This document shows positions 43,047 through 52,040 of a stretch of DNA of 64,000 bases, piece after piece. This DNA comes from an uncultured cyanobacterium. Its GTDB lineage: Bacteria > Cyanobacteriota > Cyanobacteriia > PCC-9006 > JAAUQQ01. Under the pieces are notes generated by a model. That model made no database searches, had not been told where the DNA came from, and saw only the letters and a program-made list of their open reading frames with translations. Within the stretch, counting starts at the first letter, position 1. Each line of letters opens with the position of its first letter. The translations under genes and the position numbers were made by a program. Location: positions 3,136,001 through 3,200,000 of the forward strand of contig OY970368.1 of assembly GCA_963718615.1 (NCBI GenBank), written 5' to 3'.

Positions 43047-43066
43047 GAAGTACCCGGTCGGGTGAT
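43047..43066. promoter_or_regulatory. Candidate regulator-binding palindrome GAAGTACCC-GGTC-GGGT upstream of the 4Fe-4S/FHA-reductase genes
   Basis: Matches the site at 46736 at 13 of 13 non-spacer positions. Lies in a 65-bp intergenic gap. Confidence 0.5.
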
Positions 43067-43070
43067 TTAG

Positions 43071-44099
43071 CTAGGAAAATAGGTGGGCAATACTGGCCTC
43101 AATGTCGTCCAGGGCCAAAAAGCGGTCGAGCGCTAAATGCATCCAACACAGCGAAACCTTCGGATCCGTGGCCATCATTTCAAAGCCCAAAGCCAACGAC
43201 AAGGCTTCCCCCTCGGGATAAATGTTGGGTGCATAGAGTTCGCACAAATTGGGAAAATTGCCTTGCATCGTGCGCAGCGTTGCCTGGGCATCCCGCAACA
43301 GTTGGGTCATGGACGAGATTTGTTGATAGGGCGGATCAACCTGGAAGCTGCGAATATAGACCGAGTAGCAGTTGCGATCGCCCACCGCCGCCAATTTAAC
43401 CGGATCCTCCGTCTCAATCGAACTCAAATACAGGCTCATCGTCGGAGGCAGAAAAAAGTTTTGCTCCGATTCGCTGTGGGTGGGAAACAGCATGTAAAAG
43501 CCCACAGGATGGTGATTATCCTGGCGGCGCAGGACCCGCATCCCTTCAGGATACAGTTGAGCCCACTGGCGCAGACTCTGGGTAATTTGATGGGTACTCG
43601 TTTGGGTCTCTTCAATCATCCAGTTGTAGTTCTTGGACAAAAACTTGGCCACAGACACCACATCCAGTCGGGGATTAAAGTCATCGGTATAGAGTGGAAT
43701 CGACAGACAGTCGTCATCGTCACAAAGATTCGCCGGGGGACGCAGACTCAGATGGGTGATGTTACCATCGAACTCTTTTTTGAGCAGCCTCTTTTCCGCC
43801 AACTGGTTGATCATCAGTCCGGCGGCGCGATCGCTTCCCCGGTCGGTTTCGGCATAAAACAAATAAGACGCCTCCCGCTGGGAACAGGCCATGGGTCCTT
43901 GCAAAGGCTCCAGCTTTTCCAAGGGGGCGGTGAGCAACTGACCCCGCTGCTTAATCAGTCCGTAGGCCCACAAGCGCACAAAACATTGCGCCTGCCGTCG
44001 CGTCAAACCATGCTGTCCGAGCAGAAGCTTCACATAGCGAGCCTGTTGATCCGGCGAAAACCAACGGCTCAAATCAGCGGGATGAATCTTATCAACCAT
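43071..44099 (-). CDS. Hypothetical protein, probable winged-HTH + GNAT-like fold
   Basis: N-half has a wHTH pattern (SQREASYLF...DRAAGLMINQLAEKRLLKKE). C-half has a GNAT pattern (VYIRSFQVDPPYQ...LALGFE). Likely start is ATG 44099. Confidence 0.6.
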   Translation of the reverse strand: MVDKIHPADLSRWFSPDQQARYVKLLLGQHGLTRRQAQCFVRLWAYGLIKQRGQLLTAPLEKLEPLQGPMACSQREASYLFYAETDRGSDRAAGLMINQLAEKRLLKKEFDGNITHLSLRPPANLCDDDDCLSIPLYTDDFNPRLDVVSVAKFLSKNYNWMIEETQTSTHQITQSLRQWAQLYPEGMRVLRRQDNHHPVGFYMLFPTHSESEQNFFLPPTMSLYLSSIETEDPVKLAAVGDRNCYSVYIRSFQVDPPYQQISSMTQLLRDAQATLRTMQGNFPNLCELYAPNIYPEGEALSLALGFEMMATDPKVSLCWMHLALDRFLALDDIEASIAHLFS

Positions 44100-44471
44100 C
44101 GGTAGATAACCCTGAGACCCTGTGCTATCGTCCCATGACTCTTCCTGATTGTTGCAATAAATGCCACATTCGGCACCCCCCACTGACGCCCTTGTTCCCA
44201 AAAACTTCACCCTCCTTCAGATCTCTCCAACCTTCTACGGGCTGATTCCTGGCTCTCACCCTTCACTTCCTAGCCCTCACCTTCCCTACTGCGACCTCAT
44301 CGTCACTACTCGTATAGAGATGACATAGTGGCAACATCGCTAAGCCAAACAGCTTACGCCAAAGGGCGCGAAGGCCGCTTCCCATCCGAATCTCTCAGGG
44401 TTCGTCCCTAGGCTGTCCCGCTTACCCTTTGCATACCTCACCAATTTCCATCGTAGGAAGGAGAGTTACGG

Positions 44472-45125
44472 GTGTTACCACTTACCTCTGCAATGCCAAG
44501 CCCCATGCTAACGCTTCAGGTGATCGACGGATTCCAGCCCTCGCCTTCGGAATCTGCACCGGGACAGTCGTCGTTGTTGTTTCAAGCCATCTTTAACAGT
44601 CTGATGCAAGGCGTTCTGATTCTGAATCAAAAACGGGAACTGGTTCAGGCGAATGCCCGTGCCCTTGAACTCTGCAAGTTGCTCAATCAACAGCTAGGGA
44701 CAACCAGTCGTCTCGCTCAACAATCCGCAGCCCGGATCCCCGAATCCATTTGGAATCTTTGCCGCGTATTATTATCCAGCCGTCAGGAATTCCCCGATAT
44801 GGTCGTGATTCCAGAGGAAGAGATTGACCTAGGTGATATTGCACACCTCAAGGTGAATGCTCGCTGGCTCGAACTCTCCGATGCCGATGAGCCCTACATC
44901 TTAGTGACCCTGGAAGATCAGATGGAAATGCTGCGCAATCTGGCCTGCTGGGATGCCCACCGTTACAATCTCACCGCCCGTGAAGCGGAGGTGTGGCTGC
45001 TGCGGCGTCAGGGATATTCCTACGATGAAATTGCGGATCGGCTCTACATCAGTAGGAATACTGTAAAGAAGCACCTTAAAAGTGTGTCTTCTAAGCGCGG
45101 TACGGATGATGTATCGGGGGGTTGA
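44472..45125 (+). CDS. LuxR-family transcriptional regulator with PAS-like N-terminus
   Basis: LTAREAEV...GYSYDEIADRLYISRNTVKKHL and GVLILNQ...QAN..A. Confidence 0.9.
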   Translation: MLPLTSAMPSPMLTLQVIDGFQPSPSESAPGQSSLLFQAIFNSLMQGVLILNQKRELVQANARALELCKLLNQQLGTTSRLAQQSAARIPESIWNLCRVLLSSRQEFPDMVVIPEEEIDLGDIAHLKVNARWLELSDADEPYILVTLEDQMEMLRNLACWDAHRYNLTAREAEVWLLRRQGYSYDEIADRLYISRNTVKKHLKSVSSKRGTDDVSGG

Positions 45126-45194
45126 AACCGATTGTTGACCACTGGATTGCTCACCGCTTAATTGAATTCACTAACCGAGATCAAGGGAATATCC

Positions 45195-46607
45195 ATGCAA
45201 TTTACTATGTATCACGATGCGATCGCCTCAACCGCTCCCTGTCATACCCACAAACGCCTTGTGGTCTGCTGCGATGGCACCTGGAACGAACCCACCGATT
45301 CCCCTACCAGTCAGCATCCGACCAATGTCTTTAAACTAGCGCAGTCGATTCCGGCCCAGGATCAAACCGGGATGCCCCAGGTGGTTTACTATGCTCGCGG
45401 TTTGGGTAGTGGGGATGGGCTCGATCGCTGGCTGGGAGGGGCTTTCGGCGTTGGCATTGACCAGGAAATCCAGGATGCCTATATTTTTCTGTCGATGAAT
45501 TATCATCCCGGCGATGAAATTTATCTGTTTGGTTTTAGCCGAGGAGCCTACACCGTGCGTAGTCTGGCCGGATTCATCAGTACTGCTGGATTGCTCCATC
45601 CCGAGCAGCTCCGTCAACTCCCTCGGCAGCCCGGACTAGGCGAGCACAAACCACCCCAAAATCAGCTCGAAGCCGCCTATCAACTCTATCGGGCGGACGA
45701 CAGCGCCGAGCGTCACCTGCTCGCCGAAGCCTTTCGGCAGGCACCCGGTAACTATGGCCCCGTGGAGATCAAGCTGCTCTGTTGCTGGGATACGGTGGGA
45801 GCGTTGGGCATTCCTCGGCTGATTCCAGGGCTGACCCTGGGCAACCGATATCGGTTCCATGATTGCAAACTGTCGCCGAAGGTCAAGCATGCCCTCCATG
45901 CGGTGGCGATCGACGAGCGTCGCAAAATCTTTGATGTCACGCCGATGAATCGTCAAAAAAACGACCCGAATCATCTGGAACAAATGCTGTTTCCGGGGGG
46001 CCATGGCTGTGTCGGGGGCGGAACGTTGGAGAATGCGCCGCTGTCGAATGGGGCTTTGCAGTGGGTGGTGGATGCGATCGCCCACCTCTCCCTCGGCCTC
46101 GAAATTAACCTGGCACAAATCGGCGAAACCCTTACTCCCGCTGGACGGTTGCCCGTCAATCCCTTGGCTCCCCTAGCCAGTGGCGAGGATTCAATTCTCC
46201 AGTTATTTTGGAAAGCGTTGTCGATTTGGAGTCGAAATTTTGCCCGCCAAATCCCACAGGTGCAGGACGGAAAGGATCTAGAGTGGTTAGCTCGCCAACT
46301 CGGTTGCACTGCGGAAACACTGCGCAAAGGTCAAACCCATCCTCGCCCCGAGTATCAAAACCAAAGCTGTCCTGAAGATGGACTAACGGCTGTCTATGGC
46401 ATCCATGAAAGCCTCAAGGTACGACTCGAAGTGCTGGGGAATTTAGCCCAGTTTCAGACGGAACAGTCTCGGTCTCAAGCCTTACCCAACGGCTATTTTC
46501 CACAGTCCTTGATCAACTATCTTGTGCGCGTCCGTTCGACCCAGTCGTCGCGTTCGTTAGATGCTTCTCCGGTGACCAATGCAAGCGAAATTTTGCCTCA
46601 AGCTTAA
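45195..46607 (+). CDS. DUF2235 alpha/beta hydrolase (Tle1-like phospholipase family)
   Basis: VVCCDGTWN, TNVFKL, GFSRGAY (GxSxG), WDTVGALG, HAVAIDERR, FPGGHGCVGGG. Start uncertain (45162, 45195 or 45207). Confidence 0.87.
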   Translation: MQFTMYHDAIASTAPCHTHKRLVVCCDGTWNEPTDSPTSQHPTNVFKLAQSIPAQDQTGMPQVVYYARGLGSGDGLDRWLGGAFGVGIDQEIQDAYIFLSMNYHPGDEIYLFGFSRGAYTVRSLAGFISTAGLLHPEQLRQLPRQPGLGEHKPPQNQLEAAYQLYRADDSAERHLLAEAFRQAPGNYGPVEIKLLCCWDTVGALGIPRLIPGLTLGNRYRFHDCKLSPKVKHALHAVAIDERRKIFDVTPMNRQKNDPNHLEQMLFPGGHGCVGGGTLENAPLSNGALQWVVDAIAHLSLGLEINLAQIGETLTPAGRLPVNPLAPLASGEDSILQLFWKALSIWSRNFARQIPQVQDGKDLEWLARQLGCTAETLRKGQTHPRPEYQNQSCPEDGLTAVYGIHESLKVRLEVLGNLAQFQTEQSRSQALPNGYFPQSLINYLVRVRSTQSSRSLDASPVTNASEILPQA

Positions 46608-46631
46608 CATCTGTAAATCAATTCTTGAGTT

Positions 46632-46663
46632 CGGCCTAGATGTTGCTTTCTAGGCCGTTTTTT
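46632..46663 (+). terminator. Intrinsic terminator after the DUF2235 gene
   Basis: CGGCCTAGA...TCTAGGCCG followed by TTTTTT. Confidence 0.8.
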
Positions 46664-46735
46664 GGCGATCGCCTCCTTCTCCCTACCAGATTAGCCATTC
46701 TTGCCTAACCTTTCTTGCCTAATCTTAACGCCCAC

Positions 46736-46782
46736 GAAGTACCCTCAAGGGTCCTGTAAAGACCTAATCCCTTCGGCATAAT
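46736..46782 (+). promoter_or_regulatory. Candidate activator site GAAGTACCC-TCAA-GGGT plus -10 box CATAAT for the haloperoxidase gene
   Basis: Palindrome centre 46746.5 and CATAAT at 46777-46782, which places the site near -42 of an inferred start site. Confidence 0.55.
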
Positions 46783-46936
46783 GAAGTCATCACACAGAAA
46801 GCAATTTGTTTCGAGGAAGCAGGCGGCAGTTAATCTGATTTCCCGCTCTATTTATCCCTAAATCTAGTCTTTCGCTGTGACCTAGATCGAACAAAATCTC
46901 TGATCTTCAACCCTCGATTTTGCAAGGAACAATCTG

Positions 46937-48712
46937 ATGGAAAGTCGTCAACAATCTGCCTTCGAACTTCGCCAAGCCGCCGCTGAACTAGCTAGACAGC
47001 GCCCCCATCCCACCCACAGAAATAATGGAGAAGAGCAACAATATCGGAAAACCGAAGTCGACGCTGCAACCCAACAGGAACGGAACGTTCCCAGCCACAT
47101 CGCCAACTTTACTAAGGGTTTGCCCCACAACCCCCAAACGGGTGCTCTGCTCCGAGCCCAGAACTATCAGGACTTTGTCCTCAGCATTGACTCCGGCGAC
47201 GTGCGTGACTTTAGAAACCTCCCCCTCGGACCGGAGCGCAATGACCAAGGTCAGCCCCGCTGGGAATCCCAAATTGCCCGTGCTGGCAATGCCCAAAACC
47301 CTGGTCCTGTGCCTGTGCGGGCTTGGGAAAGTATGGGTGCAGGTCGTGTTTTTGACCTAGAAGGTCCCGATGCCCAGGCGGTCACCATGCCCCCGGCCCC
47401 GACGCTCAATAGTCCGGCACTGCTGACGGAAATGGTGGAAATGTACTCCATGGCGCTGCTGCGGGACGTGCCCTTTGCCCTGTTTAACGAGAAACAGGAA
47501 GTCAAGGATGCCCTGATGCGGCTCAACCGGCTGGATGAGCCTCGGGCCAAGGGTCTGACGCTGCAAACCCTCTTCCGAGGCATGACACCGGGGGATGCCC
47601 AAGGGCCTTACCTCTCCCAGTTTCTGCTGGTGGGCAATACCGGCATTGCTCAACGGGGAACGGTTCCGCCCCACGACTTTGCCGATGGCCTGATTCAATA
47701 CGGCTCTATTCGCATTGACCAACGGGTGCGCGTTGCTGAGCAGTTCAAGGATTACATGACCACCTGGGAAGCCTGGGTGGATGCTCAAAACGGCGCAGAC
47801 CTGCGGGGTCTTGAAAGCTACGACTCCTACACGGAGAAGTATCGTTTCATGAGCACTCCCCGCGACCTGGCTACCTACGTCCACTTCGATGCACTCTACG
47901 AAGCCTATCTGAACGCCTGCCTGATTATGCTGAGTTTGCGGGTTCCTTTTGATCCCGGTCTGCCCTTCCAGCTCGAAGACACGATCGATAAGCAACAGGG
48001 CTTTGCCCACTTTGGGGGTCCCCACATTCTTTCCTTGGTGACTGAAGTGGCCACCCGTGCCCTCAAGGCAGTGCGTTATCAGAAGTTCAACGTCCATCGT
48101 CGGGCGCGGCCCGAGGCCCTAGGGGGACTCATTCACCGCTATCTCAACCGGGATTTGCAGCTCAATGGGGATGATGTGCGTGATATCCAGGCGATTGAGT
48201 CCCTGGCCGATGGCCTAGAAGGGGGATTGCAGCAGGCGATCGCCGCCCACAACGCCCGCCAAAACTCCCAGAGCGATCGCTCCGGTGATGCCAACGGCGG
48301 TGCCCCCAACTCCTACCTGCTGCCCATGGCCTTCCCCGAAGGATCTCCCATGCACCCCTCCTACGGTGCAGGGCACGCGACGGTGGCTGGGGCTTGTGTC
48401 ACCATCCTCAAAGCCTTCTTTGACCATGGCTACGAGCTGCCCTTCTGCTACGAACCCAGCACCACAGGATGCAGCCTCAAGAAAGTCGAACTGGCTCGTC
48501 CGCTGACGGTTGAAGGTGAACTCAATAAGGTTGCGGCGAATATCGCCATTGGCCGTAACTGGGCTGGGGTTCACTACTACAGCGACTATGTCGAGTCCAT
48601 CCGCTTGGGTGAGCAAATCGCCCTCGGCATTCTAGAAGAGCAAAAGCTGACCTACGGCGAGAACTTCTCGATGACTGTGCCCCTGTTTGACGGCGGTTCA
48701 GTGCGGATTTAA
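46937..48712 (+). CDS. Vanadium-dependent haloperoxidase (bromoperoxidase-like, red-algal/cyanobacterial type)
   Basis: VRYQKFNVHRRARPEA, EGSPMHPSYGAGHA, GELNK, IGRNWAGVHYYSD: all three vanadate-binding motifs. Confidence 0.93.
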   Translation: MESRQQSAFELRQAAAELARQRPHPTHRNNGEEQQYRKTEVDAATQQERNVPSHIANFTKGLPHNPQTGALLRAQNYQDFVLSIDSGDVRDFRNLPLGPERNDQGQPRWESQIARAGNAQNPGPVPVRAWESMGAGRVFDLEGPDAQAVTMPPAPTLNSPALLTEMVEMYSMALLRDVPFALFNEKQEVKDALMRLNRLDEPRAKGLTLQTLFRGMTPGDAQGPYLSQFLLVGNTGIAQRGTVPPHDFADGLIQYGSIRIDQRVRVAEQFKDYMTTWEAWVDAQNGADLRGLESYDSYTEKYRFMSTPRDLATYVHFDALYEAYLNACLIMLSLRVPFDPGLPFQLEDTIDKQQGFAHFGGPHILSLVTEVATRALKAVRYQKFNVHRRARPEALGGLIHRYLNRDLQLNGDDVRDIQAIESLADGLEGGLQQAIAAHNARQNSQSDRSGDANGGAPNSYLLPMAFPEGSPMHPSYGAGHATVAGACVTILKAFFDHGYELPFCYEPSTTGCSLKKVELARPLTVEGELNKVAANIAIGRNWAGVHYYSDYVESIRLGEQIALGILEEQKLTYGENFSMTVPLFDGGSVRI

Positions 48713-48800
48713 GCGTAGTTTAAGCTTAATTTCAGCCTGGTTTGGGACAAACAGGCGATCAACCGGAGACACATAGGATAGGAACCTGAGAAACACAGTG

Positions 48801-48835
48801 ACCGCACGGGGTAGAGACCTGTGCGGTTTTCTTTT
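48801..48835 (+). terminator. Intrinsic terminator after the haloperoxidase gene
   Basis: ACCGCAC(GGG)...(CCT)GTGCGGT followed by TTTCTTTT. Confidence 0.72.
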
Positions 48836-48945
48836 GCTGCAAAGCAGCTTTGCGGGGGCAAGCTAAAATCAGAAATTAACACCCTGGCGATCGCGTTTCC
48901 CTTTTTCCCTTCTATCAACCCTGTTTTAGGCCCTGCGGAGCATCT

Positions 48946-50574
48946 ATGAATCTTGTTACGCTTCTGCTGAGAGAATCCTGGTGGCAAGTGGTCCTGGCGA
49001 TCGCCAGTGGACTCATCAGTGGGGGCTGTAGCGCAAGGCTGATCGCGCTGATCAACAATGCCGTCAGCGATCCGCGTCAGCCGGGGCTGATTTTTCAGTT
49101 TGTCAGTTTGACGCTCGTTGTACTTCTAACCGCGCCCATTGCCCAGTATTTGCTGATTCGGCTCTCCCAAGGGGCTGTATACCGACTGCGCATGCGCCTC
49201 AGCCGCCGAATTCTAGCTGCGCCCTTAGCCCAGTTAGAAATTCAAGGGATCAACCGTTTATTGGCAACCCTGACGGACGATGTGGCAAATCTGTCCAATG
49301 CGGTCTTTGTGATTCCCTTTCTCTGCATTGACCTCGCGATTATTGTGGGCTGTTTAGTCTATTTGGGGCTGTTGTCGAGTTCGGTATTTCTATTCACGCT
49401 GGTCATGATTGGGTTTGGGGTGGGGACGACCCAGTTTTTGTTGAATCAGGCGCGGGTGGATTTGAAGCGATCGCGCAACGAACAGGACAATCTTTTCAAA
49501 CATTTTCAAGCCATTACCGAAGGCATTAAAGAACTCAAACTCCACGCCCGTCGCCGCCAGGATTATCTTGATCAACAACTTGCGGTCAGTGCCCAAGCCT
49601 CCCGGCGCTATACCACCGCTGCGCTGACGGTGTTTGCTGTGGCTTCTAGCTGGGGGAGTTTGCTGTTTTTCTTCATGGTGGGGGTTTTAATTTTAGTCTT
49701 ACCCCGTCTCCTCACGATTGAACCGCTGGTGTTGTCGGGGTTTGTGTTAACGATGACCTACCTGATGGTGCCGTTCAAAAACTTGATGGAACGGCTACCG
49801 ATTTTGATTAAAACCGGTGTTTCGCTACGGAAAATCGAAGATTTGGGATTGAGTTTAGATGCCCAAGCAGAACCCTTGGGAAATGGCTCCGTAGAACCCC
49901 TAGCCCCCTTTCGCAGCTTGGAGCTTGAGGAGATTTTTCATACCTACAACGGTGACCTCCCGGAAGATCGCTTCACTCTTGGCCCGGTCAATCTGCGGTT
50001 TGAACCGGGGGAGGTGGTCTTTATTGTTGGTGGCAACGGCAGCGGTAAATCTACCCTGGCGAAGATCCTCACAGGGCTTTACTGGCCGGAATCGGGAGCG
50101 CTACGGCTGAATGGGGAGCGGGTGACGTTGGAGCGCCTAGAGTGGTATCGTCAACATTTTACGACGGTGTTTTCGGATTTCTATTTGTTTAAGCAGTTGC
50201 TGGGGTACGATCGCCCGGATCTCGATCGCAAGGCCCAGCATTATCTCGAAGAACTCCGTCTCGACCACAAGGTCCGCATCGAACAGGGTGAACTTTCAAC
50301 GACTTCCCTCTCCCAGGGACAACGCAAACGCTTGGCGCTGCTGACGGCCTATCTGGACGATCGCCCCATTTATCTCTTTGACGAATGGGCCGCAGACCAG
50401 GACCCAACCTTTCGGGCGGTGTTCTATGAGGAGATTTTGCCCCAGTTGCGTCAGCAGGGAAAGCTGGTGTTGGCTATTAGCCATGACGATCGCTATTTTA
50501 ACCTGGCTGATCGGGTGATTAAGTTGGATTATGGCAAGGTTGAGTATGACCAGCGTCAGGCAACATTTGTTTAA
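48946..50574 (+). CDS. Cyclic peptide export ABC transporter (PvdE/SyrD/YojI family)
   Basis: Fused TMD-NBD with GIKELKLH, GGNGSGKST, LSQGQRKRLAL, DEWAADQDP, ISHDDRYF. Confidence 0.93.
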   Translation: MNLVTLLLRESWWQVVLAIASGLISGGCSARLIALINNAVSDPRQPGLIFQFVSLTLVVLLTAPIAQYLLIRLSQGAVYRLRMRLSRRILAAPLAQLEIQGINRLLATLTDDVANLSNAVFVIPFLCIDLAIIVGCLVYLGLLSSSVFLFTLVMIGFGVGTTQFLLNQARVDLKRSRNEQDNLFKHFQAITEGIKELKLHARRRQDYLDQQLAVSAQASRRYTTAALTVFAVASSWGSLLFFFMVGVLILVLPRLLTIEPLVLSGFVLTMTYLMVPFKNLMERLPILIKTGVSLRKIEDLGLSLDAQAEPLGNGSVEPLAPFRSLELEEIFHTYNGDLPEDRFTLGPVNLRFEPGEVVFIVGGNGSGKSTLAKILTGLYWPESGALRLNGERVTLERLEWYRQHFTTVFSDFYLFKQLLGYDRPDLDRKAQHYLEELRLDHKVRIEQGELSTTSLSQGQRKRLALLTAYLDDRPIYLFDEWAADQDPTFRAVFYEEILPQLRQQGKLVLAISHDDRYFNLADRVIKLDYGKVEYDQRQATFV

Positions 50575-50673
50575 TCGAGGGATCTGCCTGCATAAACCCC
50601 AACGATGCTCCCTAGAAAGAACTGTCGAACACAAAACCGACCAGTTCATTCTCTCTTAAACGGTATCCTTTTC

Positions 50674-51210
50674 ATGAAAGCTATCTCCACGGCTGTGTTG
50701 TCTACCCTCGTTGCCCTCAACCTTCTGCCCACGGGGGCGATCGCCAATCCCGCCCGCCCGACGCTTCAACCTCGCCCCGGCACCGTCTCCACCACACCAA
50801 TTCTCAAACCGCTGCAAATCGCTACCGTGAGTGGCAAAATTACGAATGGCGGCAGCAATAACGGGGGTCAGCCCAGCTTTAACTGCAACCAAATTAAGCT
50901 CTATGCTGCTCTCCAAACCGTTCCAACGCCCAGTGGAGATGAGATTGTGATTCCCACTTACAAACAGGTTGGTGGTCTAGCAACGATATCCGGAGGCAGT
51001 GCAGCCGCAGGTTGTACCTATTCCCTCAATCTCAGTGGCCAAGCGCTGAAGCAGTCTGTGCACTTGATTGCGATTGCCCCTGATGCCTGGAGTACCCCTA
51101 TAAATGTTGTGAATCTTGCACCCAGTAGTTGGATGAACCCACTGCAAGTTACAACAGGACAGACGATCCAGGGCAAGGATTTTCAAATTCGCGCCACGCT
51201 AATTAAGTAA
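50674..51210 (+). CDS. Secreted hypothetical protein (beta-rich, two Cys)
   Basis: Signal peptide MKAIST...AIA. Likely start is ATG 50674. Confidence 0.7.
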   Translation: MKAISTAVLSTLVALNLLPTGAIANPARPTLQPRPGTVSTTPILKPLQIATVSGKITNGGSNNGGQPSFNCNQIKLYAALQTVPTPSGDEIVIPTYKQVGGLATISGGSAAAGCTYSLNLSGQALKQSVHLIAIAPDAWSTPINVVNLAPSSWMNPLQVTTGQTIQGKDFQIRATLIK

Positions 51211-51228
51211 TCTCTTCCCTCTTGGTCT

Positions 51229-51269
51229 TTCCCCAGCGTGGTTTTGCATTGCCTTACCGCGCTGGGGAA
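51229..51269. terminator. Hairpin between convergent genes
   Basis: TTCCCCAGCG(T)GGT...ACC(G)CGCTGGGGAA. Confidence 0.65.
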
Positions 51270-51285
51270 TATAGTAGTTGGCAAT

Positions 51286-51618
51286 TTATCTTTCATTAGG
51301 GTCTAGATCCTCAAGAGTAAGTAAGGACTGGGATGCATGACGGAGATAGAGAATATAGACTGTTGTTTGTTCAACTGAAAACAGCACACGATATCGACTC
51401 CGTCCTTTGCCATAGGGAAACTGGCGAACTTCTACCTCGAAAATATCCCGTTCTAAGGCCATGGGAAAGCGCCGAGGTTTATCTTGGAGCTTGGCAATCT
51501 CATCCATTAATTCTCGAAGCCATTGATCGGCAAAGGCAGAGTTTTGCTCTCGAAGCCACAGATAGGCTGCTTCAATTTGAGTCTCTGCATTTCGCGTCAA
51601 TCTAACTTGAAAGACCAT
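51286..51618 (-). CDS. Type II toxin, RelE/ParE family
   Basis: 110 aa: FQVRLTRNAETQI...L...PRRFP...YRVLF..EQTTVYILYLRHA. Overlaps the antitoxin end. Confidence 0.85.
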   Translation of the reverse strand: MVFQVRLTRNAETQIEAAYLWLREQNSAFADQWLRELMDEIAKLQDKPRRFPMALERDIFEVEVRQFPYGKGRSRYRVLFSVEQTTVYILYLRHASQSLLTLEDLDPNER

Positions 51619-51892
51619 ACTTTTGCTGCATATCTTGGGCAAAGTCAGATAGAGGGCGGGTGAGTCCGGCCTTGACGTCTTCGAGGCCGCGTTTGATGCC
51701 GGTGATGGTTTCGAGTTCGGCGATGAGGTCGAGGAGCTTCTGATAGGCGGCGGCGTCTTGGACAATGACTTCGGCTTTGCCGTTGATGGTGAGGACGACA
51801 GGGGCTCCGGTCTGTTTGAGTTGGGCGATGAAGTCGGGGGTGTTGCGTTTGAAGCTGGAGAGGGGGTGGATGTCGCGGCTGAGGTCTAACAT
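51602..51892 (-). CDS. Type II antitoxin, Phd/YefM family
   Basis: 96 aa: LSSFKRNT...PVVLTINGKAEVIVQDA..YQ. Directly upstream of the toxin. Confidence 0.88.
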   Translation of the reverse strand: MLDLSRDIHPLSSFKRNTPDFIAQLKQTGAPVVLTINGKAEVIVQDAAAYQKLLDLIAELETITGIKRGLEDVKAGLTRPLSDFAQDMQQKYGLSS

Positions 51893-52040
51893 GGGTTGCA
51901 CTTTATTCGCATCTAATTTGATGCTAGCAGGTTTCTGGGGATATCGCTCGGTAAGGGCAACTTGGGCGAGGGTGGGGTTTGCGGGGGCGAGGATGACTTG
52001 TGTTAGCTTAGGTAAAATTCTTTGGAGTGGCTTTTGGCCT

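Noticed and set aside
43137-44105. 322-aa plus-strand ORF
   Set aside because: Antisense to the better-supported minus-strand gene that is co-oriented with the Fe-S genes.
45162-46607. Type VI secretion effector locus
   Set aside because: DUF2235 is present, but no VgrG, PAAR, Hcp or immunity gene is in the window.
46790-46936. Riboswitch in the haloperoxidase leader
   Set aside because: Only partial long-range pairing (TCACACAGAAAG / CTTTCGCTGTGA), with no motif of a riboswitch class I recognise.
47357-48097. 246-aa minus-strand ORF
   Set aside because: Antisense shadow of the haloperoxidase.
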